Positions 1 through 6,257 of a stretch of 19,901 nucleotides of DNA are shown one piece after another. This DNA comes from a virus (taxonomy: Duplodnaviria > Heunggongvirae > Uroviricota > Caudoviricetes): positions 100,031 to 119,931 of the IMG/VR virus record IMGVR_UViG_3300033696_000004. One strand, 5' to 3'. The notes under the pieces are model-generated. The model ran no database searches, was not told the origin of the DNA, and was given only the letters and a program-made list of their open reading frames with translations. A program made the position numbers and the translations under genes. Position 1 is the first letter of the stretch; every line of letters begins with the position of its first letter.

Positions 1-2
1 AC

Positions 3-743
3 TCACAGATTGCTAAGGTTGCTAAGGACGCTTTACCGAAAGGCGATCCAGTTAAGCGTGGTAAGCCACAGAATGCAGAAAAGTATGTACTTAGTGACGA
101 TGGTGTAGTATCATGTGTGAAGACGCAATACTACGCAGACGACATCGATACGCACGAAGGTCTATATGCATTCAAGTTCTTTGATGATTTAGTTGATGTG
201 GACGAGAATCGTACCCTACTACCAGATACTCTAAAGAACTACATGATTGTAGCCGATGTTAAAGAAGTTCTGGTAGTTCGTAAGAACCATTGGAAACGTA
301 TGATTAAAAACCCGAAAGCTACTTCAGCTGCACAAGCTGTAGCGGATTATGTTGACACAACATCAGGTCGTATGGTAGCATTGAAGTACGGTAATAAAGG
401 TATTGATGTACCATCGTGGTTTAGTCGTATTGAGCGTGTTTTTCCTAATTCAACGCTTGACATGATTCCACATAAGAAGTATAATCATAAACACAAAGCG
501 TATGACTTGTTTAATTCATTATCTTCGGATTACTCGGTTCGTAAGTTGATGACTAAGAATGCAAGTAAGCAGATTAATCGCTTCCGTGGTACTCAAAAAG
601 CGATTGTAATTAATACCCAGAACATCTCTACGTTCTTGGATAAAAAGTACTACTTCTTAAAAACTGCACTTGGTAGTTTCTATAGTGATTCAACTGTAGA
701 GAAGTACGAAAAAGAAATAAAAGTGTTGATTAATCTAAAATAA
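3..743 (+). CDS. rIIA: RIIA protector from prophage-induced early lysis, C-terminal part (5' truncated by window)
   Basis: The frame is open from nt 3 (SQIAKVAKDALPKG...) to TAA at 741-743, so the track start at GTG 117 is not the true start. The call rests mainly on position directly upstream of a clear rIIB. Confidence 0.75.
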   Translation, partial: SQIAKVAKDALPKGDPVKRGKPQNAEKYVLSDDGVVSCVKTQYYADDIDTHEGLYAFKFFDDLVDVDENRTLLPDTLKNYMIVADVKEVLVVRKNHWKRMIKNPKATSAAQAVADYVDTTSGRMVALKYGNKGIDVPSWFSRIERVFPNSTLDMIPHKKYNHKHKAYDLFNSLSSDYSVRKLMTKNASKQINRFRGTQKAIVINTQNISTFLDKKYYFLKTALGSFYSDSTVEKYEKEIKVLINLK

Positions 744-754
744 TGTAGTATAAT
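726..754 (+). promoter_or_regulatory. sigma70-type early promoter for rIIB
   Basis: TTGATT(726-731)-N17-TATAAT(749-754), preceded by an A-rich tract and overlapping the rIIA 3' end. Confidence 0.65.
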
Positions 755-756
755 TC

Positions 757-782
757 GTGGTGTTGGTTACTTCCAACACCAC
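757..782 (+). other. 10-bp perfect stem-loop in the rIIB leader
   Basis: GTGGTGTTGG-ttactt-CCAACACCAC with no U-tract on either strand; possibly a stabilising or processing hairpin. Confidence 0.5.
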
Positions 783-816
783 ATTAAAAATCTATCGTAT
801 CTAAAGGAAATAAAAT

Positions 817-1878
817 ATGTCAGTTAAAATGTTTAGCGTTAAATTAAAAGCAGACCTTATTGCTTACCGTAAGACTCACAACAAAACACAAACTGCTGCT
901 AAGTTTGGTTGTTCTATCCGTACTGTTGGTCGTATCGAATCCGAGTACAGTAAGCCAGTAGCAAAAACTAAAGTATCTCAAGCAGTTAAAGCTTCAGTTG
1001 CTCCAGCTGTAGTAGTAAGCGGTTCTGATGTTATGTCTATGCTAAAAGCAAAAGCACAACAAGCTTCTGGTCGTATCCCTGCTCCAGTTAAATTTAAGGG
1101 AACAATCAAAGTTGTCGATTTAACTCAACCAGAATGCATGAAGACTCCAGTTGTAGTTGCTCCACGTAATCTTGTATGGACTATGGGTTCTAATTACATC
1201 AATATCATCGAAGAAGGCGTAACGTTCGTAGCTAACAATACTCACCCTAACTTCGAGAAAGCTAAAATCTCTATCTTCAATGGCGACATTGAAAAGGCAC
1301 TAGAGCTAATCAACATCAAACGTGGTATTGAAAAGTTCTCTAAAGGCAAGATTAAGATTGAAAACGAAGAAGTGTTCTACGGTGATCTTAAAATAGATAC
1401 TGGTCTAACTCGTCGTATCATTACAGCAATGAGCGAAGGTAAAGACTTCGAATTCCTAGTGAATTTCTTCGAAAACTTAATGCTTAACCCATCACGTCGT
1501 GCGGTTAATGAATTATTCGGTTTCCTTGAGCACAACGACATCGAAATCACCGAAGATGGTCAATTCCTAGCATGGAAACGTGTTAACGCTAACTACACTG
1601 ACATGCATAGCGGTAAGTTTTCAAATAAACCAGGAACTGTTGTTGAAATTCCTCGTAACATGGTTGACGAAGATCCAAACCGTACATGTTCTGCTGGTCT
1701 GCACATTGCTGCTAAGTCTTACCTTCCTCACTACGGTGGTGGTCGTGGTGTTATCATCCAATGTAAGGTTCATCCACGTGATGTAGTAGCGGTTCCAGTA
1801 GATTACAACAATGCTAAAATGCGTACATGTCGTTACGAAGTAATGAAAGATGTAACTAAAGGCTTTAGCCACTACTAA
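817..1878 (+). CDS. rIIB: RIIB protector from prophage-induced early lysis
   Basis: N-terminal HTH (TQTAAKFGCSIRTVGRI) and the conserved RIIB C-terminal core (NPSRRAVNELFGFL, ITEDGQFLAWKRV, TCSAGLH, VHPRDVVAVPVDYNNAKMRTCRYEV). SD AAAGGA upstream. Confidence 0.95.
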   Translation: MSVKMFSVKLKADLIAYRKTHNKTQTAAKFGCSIRTVGRIESEYSKPVAKTKVSQAVKASVAPAVVVSGSDVMSMLKAKAQQASGRIPAPVKFKGTIKVVDLTQPECMKTPVVVAPRNLVWTMGSNYINIIEEGVTFVANNTHPNFEKAKISIFNGDIEKALELINIKRGIEKFSKGKIKIENEEVFYGDLKIDTGLTRRIITAMSEGKDFEFLVNFFENLMLNPSRRAVNELFGFLEHNDIEITEDGQFLAWKRVNANYTDMHSGKFSNKPGTVVEIPRNMVDEDPNRTCSAGLHIAAKSYLPHYGGGRGVIIQCKVHPRDVVAVPVDYNNAKMRTCRYEVMKDVTKGFSHY

Positions 1879-1891
1879 TAATTAATAAATC

Positions 1892-1915
1892 GGGAGCCTT
1901 CGGGTTCCCTTTTTT
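1892..1915 (+). terminator. intrinsic terminator with T4-type cUUCGg tetraloop
   Basis: GGGAGCC-TTCG-GGTTCCC followed by T6. Confidence 0.9.
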
Positions 1916-1928
1916 ATCGGGGTATATT

Positions 1929-2198
1929 ATGGACTTGGAAAACATGTTCGTAGCGTCTGGTGAAGATGACTACGAGAAATTCGTTTATAAAAAACTAGCA
2001 GAAATTACTTTACAAGAAGTGGAAACCCTATTATTATCATGTATAGAAAAGAAAAAAGTAACAGAACCATTCTCATTGGAATTCATGGCTGTGTGGTCTA
2101 ACCAAATAGCATGTGAAAGTCATCTAGTGATGAACAACTATTATGAATCTGTTCATGATATCAAAAATTCACACGTATCATTCAGGAAAAAGAAATGA
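1929..2198 (+). CDS. hypothetical protein (89 aa)
   Basis: ORF fills the gap between the terminator and gp52, with an ATGA stop/start overlap at 2195-2198. No family recognised. Confidence 0.7.
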   Translation: MDLENMFVASGEDDYEKFVYKKLAEITLQEVETLLLSCIEKKKVTEPFSLEFMAVWSNQIACESHLVMNNYYESVHDIKNSHVSFRKKK

Positions 2199-3556
2199 AC
2201 CCAACATTTAACCCACGTAGTTTATCATCTATCATCAACATCGAAGCATTAGAATTTGCTTTGTATAACATCGAAAATCGTCACATCCCAAGCATCGTAG
2301 ACGGTCTTAAACCAGTGCAACGCTTCTTCCTGTACTCTACTTTACAGAACGCAAAGACCGCATTCAATAAGGTTGCTGCTGTTGCTGGACGTGTCTCTGA
2401 ATACGGTTACGAACATGGAGAAAGTGCTGCATCCGATGCTGGTCAGTTGATGGCGAATACATGGAATAACCATGTTCCTATTATAAAAGGTCGTGGTAAC
2501 TTCGGATCTCGCATGGTTCAAGAAATGGCTGCTCCACGTTATACTCACTGCATGGTTCATGATAATTTTAATCTATTATTCAAAGACTCAAACCTAGCAC
2601 CAATACATAGCAAAGATGAACATTTACCTCCAGCATTTTACCTTCCTATCATCCCATTCGTACTATTGAATGGTGTTAAAGGTATTGCTACTGGTTATGC
2701 TACACACATCATCCCACATGACCCACTAGATGTTACTCGTTGTGTTGTTGAATACATTGAGAAAGGTGTGATTACACATGAACCTAAATTCAAACTGCCA
2801 GATTTTCAAGGAAAACTAACAGTTGATGAAGACAACAAATTATCAATCGAGGGTATGTATACATTCAACGGTAAAACTAAGCTAACAATCACTGAGATTC
2901 CGTATAAGTACGACCGTGAAAAATATGTAGAAATCTTAGACGGATTGGAAGAGAAAGGTACTATTGTACGCTACGAAGATAATTGTGGCAAAGACAACTT
3001 TAACTTCGAAGTTACTCTAAAACGTGATTTCTTCTTAGGTCAGAGAGCAGATGAACACCACGAAATCTTTATGAAAGTTTTCAAACTTCGTCAAAGTGCA
3101 ACTCAAAACTTGACAGTACTCGATTGGGATCGTAAACTACGCAACTATAAAAAGTCATCAGACTTGATTAAAGATTTCGTCGATTATCGCACACCATTTG
3201 TACAAAAACGCATTGACAACGAAATCGAAGTATGTAATTATAAGCTAAAGTTAGCGAATGCGAAGACTGAGTTCATTGGAAGCGTTATTGATGAAACAAT
3301 CGTGTTGAAGGGTAAGACCCGTGCTAAAGCAATCAAAGAAATCGAAATTCATGAGAATCTTAAAGAATTCTCCGACCAATTAATTTCGATGAACATGTAC
3401 CACATGACCAATGATGAAATTGTTAAGTTGAAGAAGCAAACAACCGAAATCAAAAAGCAGTTATCTTATTGGAATAAAACGACGGTTAAAAAAGAATATC
3501 TAAAAGATGCTACTCAGGTATTCGTTAGTCTAGCCGAACATCAAATTAAGAAATAA
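2195..3556 (+). CDS. 52: DNA topoisomerase II medium subunit (GyrA/ParC-like breakage-reunion subunit)
   Basis: Motifs IPSIVDGLKPVQR, HGES, GNFGSR, catalytic APRY and LLNGVKGIATGYAT; length close to T4 gp52. Confidence 0.97.
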   Translation: MNPTFNPRSLSSIINIEALEFALYNIENRHIPSIVDGLKPVQRFFLYSTLQNAKTAFNKVAAVAGRVSEYGYEHGESAASDAGQLMANTWNNHVPIIKGRGNFGSRMVQEMAAPRYTHCMVHDNFNLLFKDSNLAPIHSKDEHLPPAFYLPIIPFVLLNGVKGIATGYATHIIPHDPLDVTRCVVEYIEKGVITHEPKFKLPDFQGKLTVDEDNKLSIEGMYTFNGKTKLTITEIPYKYDREKYVEILDGLEEKGTIVRYEDNCGKDNFNFEVTLKRDFFLGQRADEHHEIFMKVFKLRQSATQNLTVLDWDRKLRNYKKSSDLIKDFVDYRTPFVQKRIDNEIEVCNYKLKLANAKTEFIGSVIDETIVLKGKTRAKAIKEIEIHENLKEFSDQLISMNMYHMTNDEIVKLKKQTTEIKKQLSYWNKTTVKKEYLKDATQVFVSLAEHQIKK

Positions 3557-3572
3557 GGGCGCAAACGCCCTT
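3555..3572 (+). other. short hairpin immediately upstream of the next SD
   Basis: AAGGGCG-caaa-CGCCCTT followed directly by GGAG; no U-tract. Confidence 0.4.
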
Positions 3573-3582
3573 GGAGAATATT

Positions 3583-4011
3583 ATGAAACATGATCCGTTA
3601 TTTTACATTATAACTCACGGGCGTGGACTCTTATTATGTTGGGCTTTATACATTATCTCATTGATTTGTATTCAGTTCCAGTATGATGCAAATGAAGCTG
3701 CAATGTTGTCAGTCACTGCAATGATGGCGTTCTATGGTACATGGGGTAGTATTGAAGCGATATCATTCTGGTATCGTCATAATTGGATGGAATCACCGTT
3801 CACCAATTACCCTGTAGTGGTCAAGTTGATGTTAAGTATGTCTGACGTAGAAGTAGCACGTGGTCTAGCATACGAATTAGCAGTTATGCCATCAACGAAA
3901 GCACACACAATGTACGTAAAGTGGTGGGATGAAGTTCGTGCGTTTTGGACTATCAATTCATTCACTGCGGTTTGTTTCTGCATCACATTCATTATTATTT
4001 CATCTTTCTAA
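3583..4011 (+). CDS. hypothetical membrane protein (142 aa, about 3 TM segments)
   Basis: SD GGAG at 3573-3576 favours ATG 3583 over TTG 3571. Hydrophobic stretches LLLCWALYIISLICIQF, AAMLSVTAMMAFYGTW and FTAVCFCITFIIISSF. Confidence 0.75.
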   Translation: MKHDPLFYIITHGRGLLLCWALYIISLICIQFQYDANEAAMLSVTAMMAFYGTWGSIEAISFWYRHNWMESPFTNYPVVVKLMLSMSDVEVARGLAYELAVMPSTKAHTMYVKWWDEVRAFWTINSFTAVCFCITFIIISSF

Positions 4012-4020
4012 CGAAAGGTG

Positions 4021-4048
4021 TTGACAAAAGATGGGGTTATGATACTAT
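4021..4048 (+). promoter_or_regulatory. strong sigma70-type early promoter heading the accessory cluster
   Basis: TTGACA(4021-4026)-N16-TACTAT(4043-4048), with an extended -10 TG at 4040-4041. Confidence 0.7.
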
Positions 4049-4084
4049 GATCCCATCAAAACGGAGTTTATTAAAGGTATTAAC

Positions 4085-4234
4085 ATGAGTAAAAATAAAG
4101 TAGATTCTGGGGTTCCTAGAACAATAAACTTTGTAGCTAAACACGCTGGTATCCATCGTGCTTCTACACACATTGATCTTAAAAAGCAACAACGTACACC
4201 ACGCAAACTCAAAAACCTAACCATAGATTATTAA
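4085..4234 (+). CDS. small basic protein, 49 aa (absent from the ORF track)
   Basis: MSKNKVDSGVPRTINFVAKHAGIHRASTHIDLKKQQRTPRKLKNLTIDY*. SD AAAGGT lies 6 nt upstream, it is the first ORF after the promoter, and its stop abuts the next gene's SD (TAAGGA). Confidence 0.75.
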   Translation: MSKNKVDSGVPRTINFVAKHAGIHRASTHIDLKKQQRTPRKLKNLTIDY

Positions 4235-4243
4235 GGAAACATA

Positions 4244-4492
4244 ATGAAAGAGTTTTTCGCAAAACTATTCGGTATCAAGCAAGATTCAGTTGAACCACGT
4301 ACCATCGATTCAATCGTTAATTCGTTTGAAACTCAAATCATCGAACTTGATACACGTATTGCATTCGATATGGATGTAGCAGAAAATAATAAAAAAGTTG
4401 CTGACGAACTGCTTAAAGAAGCTGCTCGTAAAGAGAAGGACGTTGAGCGTTCAAACCGTATCAAGTCTAAAATCGAAGACATCATCAAGTAA
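4244..4492 (+). CDS. hypothetical coiled-coil protein (82 aa)
   Basis: SD TAAGGA; heptad-like charged helical sequence. Confidence 0.8.
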   Translation: MKEFFAKLFGIKQDSVEPRTIDSIVNSFETQIIELDTRIAFDMDVAENNKKVADELLKEAARKEKDVERSNRIKSKIEDIIK

Positions 4493-4498
4493 ATTAAC

Positions 4499-4518
4499 TG
4501 GGTGAGAATTCTCACCCA
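4499..4518 (+). terminator. 20-bp perfect palindrome, weak terminator or attenuator
   Basis: TGGGTGAGAA|TTCTCACCCA followed by only TTT. Confidence 0.4.
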
Positions 4519-4544
4519 TTTCATCATCCCCAACGGGAGAACAC

Positions 4545-5015
4545 ATGAAGAATCTAGGATTTGCAATTTCTACTCTGAAGTCAAACAAGGTAAAACCATT
4601 AACCAAAATGCAACTAAAGCGCATTGAAGATGATAGACTACATGAAAAAGAATACCTATTAGACTTAGAAACAATCCGCATCTATAAAAACAAAATGAGT
4701 AACGCAAAGGATCGTGGTATCAGATTTCGTCTTCTACTAGATGACATTAAATCCATGATTACATGCAAGACTTGTGCGTACACTGGAGTGGAGTTTACAA
4801 TTAGTGGCGAGCGTATGCGTACAATAGAACGTATTAATGCATCGCTAGGTTACGAGTCGGATAACACGGTTGCAGTTACTAAAGAAGCAAATAACCATAA
4901 ATCCCAACTAGATGCATACATGCACGGAACCACAATCCCAGATGAAATGAAATTAAAGTTGCTTCGAAAATCAGTATATCAATTAGAAAAGAACATAAAA
5001 GGAAAAACGAAATGA
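4545..5015 (+). CDS. HNH-like (beta-beta-alpha) fold protein resembling the family annotated as Srd/anti-sigma in T4-like phages
   Basis: Pattern AKDRGIRFRL...CAYTG.EF...TIERI....GYESDNTVAVT..AN..K; SD GGGAG. The Srd link is from memory. Confidence 0.55.
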   Translation: MKNLGFAISTLKSNKVKPLTKMQLKRIEDDRLHEKEYLLDLETIRIYKNKMSNAKDRGIRFRLLLDDIKSMITCKTCAYTGVEFTISGERMRTIERINASLGYESDNTVAVTKEANNHKSQLDAYMHGTTIPDEMKLKLLRKSVYQLEKNIKGKTK

Positions 5016-5347
5016 ATTTTGCAGAAGCATTTGCATGGGTATTATCTGGAAAACGTGCTCGTCGTCGTGCATGGAATGTAGGTGAAAGTATCTTCTTGGT
5101 TGAAGGTTCTACATTTGAAGTATCCCGTCATCCACTAGATAAAGTGTACGAAATTGGAACTCCAATCAAATACCAAGCGCACGTTGACAAAGCAAGCTGC
5201 GGTGGTATGGTTGAAGTCTATACACCCACCCAGATTGATTTGATGGCTTGTGATTGGATTGTTATCGAAGAACTGAGTCAACTCGGTCAAGTGATGCCAC
5301 TACCAATCAGTCGTAATGAATGTATTAATGTTCGTTTAGCTGCATAA
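5012..5347 (+). CDS. Tad2-like (DUF2829) protein, candidate immune-signal sponge
   Basis: MNFAEAF...GKRARRRAWN...IFLVEGSTFEV.R.PL..Y..GT.I.YQAHVD and the terminal PTQIDLMACDW match the DUF2829/Tad2 signature (MNF.EAL...GK.V.R.GWNG...Q.D.LA.DW). ATGA-coupled to the upstream gene. Confidence 0.75.
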   Translation: MNFAEAFAWVLSGKRARRRAWNVGESIFLVEGSTFEVSRHPLDKVYEIGTPIKYQAHVDKASCGGMVEVYTPTQIDLMACDWIVIEELSQLGQVMPLPISRNECINVRLAA

Positions 5348-5355
5348 GATAAATA
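5348..5355 (+). promoter_or_regulatory. T4-type late promoter for endolysin
   Basis: GATAAATA, a 7/8 match to TATAAATA, 31 nt upstream of the endolysin ATG. Confidence 0.7.
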
Positions 5356-5380
5356 CCTCTTGTATACTATTCAAGAGGTA
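5354..5380 (+). promoter_or_regulatory. SD-sequestering hairpin of the endolysin leader
   Basis: TACCTCTTG-tatactatt-CAAGAGGTA, a perfect 9-bp stem whose 3' arm contains the SD AAGAGGT. Confidence 0.8.
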
Positions 5381-5386
5381 ATAATT

Positions 5387-5833
5387 ATGTATAAATGTAA
5401 ACATTTTAAAGTTCAAGAGCTAGTTCCTGAACATATCTATAAAAAACGTGGTGCGAAAGCTATTGAATTGATGGATGAAAGAATCCTGATTACTATGGAT
5501 AAACTGCGTGAGATGATTGGGAAACCAATCACAGTTAATAACTGGGTATGGGGTGGAAATAGAAACTGGTCTGGACTACGTACGGCTGGCTTTTATAGCA
5601 GCCTACAATCTTACGAAAACAGTCTAAGTCAACATAAGTATGGTAGGGCAGTGGATTTTCTTGTAAAAGGAATGAGTGCAGTTGATGTTAGAAAGTTTAT
5701 CTTTGCAAATAAAGAACACTTTCCGTACATAACATTTGTGGAAACCGACATTAGTTGGGTTCACATTGACTGTAGAAACTGCGAATCAATCACAACGTGG
5801 TCTCCAGATCGTGGGTTCACTGGTACAAAATAA
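5387..5833 (+). CDS. endolysin, Zn peptidase M15 family (148 aa)
   Basis: Zn-binding motifs SQHKYGRAVD and WVHIDCR. SD AAGAGGT favours ATG 5387 over TTG 5360. Late promoter upstream and holin nearby. Confidence 0.85.
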   Translation: MYKCKHFKVQELVPEHIYKKRGAKAIELMDERILITMDKLREMIGKPITVNNWVWGGNRNWSGLRTAGFYSSLQSYENSLSQHKYGRAVDFLVKGMSAVDVRKFIFANKEHFPYITFVETDISWVHIDCRNCESITTWSPDRGFTGTK

Positions 5834-5843
5834 AAGAAAAGTA

Positions 5844-5872
5844 TTGCAATTGTTGTTTAAATTGGGTATAAT
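5844..5872 (+). promoter_or_regulatory. sigma70-type early promoter for asiA
   Basis: TTGCAA(5844-5849)-N17-TATAAT(5867-5872), with an A-rich UP-like tract at 5827-5840. Confidence 0.7.
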
Positions 5873-5915
5873 GATTTTAAAGAAAGGAGTTATACTAACC
5901 AATGAGAAACTTAAA

Positions 5916-6221
5916 ATGGAAATCATCCAAACAATTGTACAGTCAACCGCAAAAGATAAGAAACTAGAAGTTGTATTAGACATCTGCGCTACCGCATCAA
6001 TTTTAATAAAATTTGGCAGTTGTCACATTTTAGAAAACCAATCTTTATTCATCGCATTCTTAAACGAATCTGGATTCCGTACCGTAAGTGGTAAAGAATT
6101 TACTAAAATGAGTTTCCGTCAAATGTTTGACCGTTTAACTTACAAAGAACGTTTATTTGTAATTGGTGAATTTAAGAAAGGACATCGTGATACAGAAATG
6201 TTTTCTACAATGTTCGCATAA
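5916..6221 (+). CDS. asiA: anti-sigma70 factor AsiA (start uncertain)
   Basis: ICATASILIKFG..ILENQSLFIAFLNE.G...KEFTKMSFRQMF..LT aligns with T4 AsiA (IITVASILIKF..IVENRANFIAFLNEIG...NSFRKIV..LT). It converges on holin t as in T4. The track's 5736 start overlaps the endolysin and the promoter. Confidence 0.9.
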   Translation: MEIIQTIVQSTAKDKKLEVVLDICATASILIKFGSCHILENQSLFIAFLNESGFRTVSGKEFTKMSFRQMFDRLTYKERLFVIGEFKKGHRDTEMFSTMFA

Positions 6222-6255
6222 AAAAAGGGAATACCAAATTTGGTATTCCCTTTTT
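6222..6255. terminator. bidirectional intrinsic terminator between asiA and t
   Basis: 34-bp perfect palindrome AAAAAGGGAATACCAAA|TTTGGTATTCCCTTTTT, giving a U-tract on both strands. Confidence 0.92.
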
Positions 6256-6257
6256 AA

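Noticed and set aside
1580-2560. Track ORFs 1580-1786(+), 1621-1872(-) and 2342-2560(-)
   Set aside because: They are shadow frames inside rIIB and gene 52, with no SD or promoter support.
4030-4057. GATGGG/CCCATC inverted repeat flanking the -10 of the 4021 promoter
   Set aside because: Only 6 bp, occurs once, and no repressor gene is nearby, so chance is likely.
3807-4681. Track ORFs 3807-3992, 4333-4566 and 4451-4681 on the - strand
   Set aside because: They are antisense to well-supported + strand genes in an early operon.
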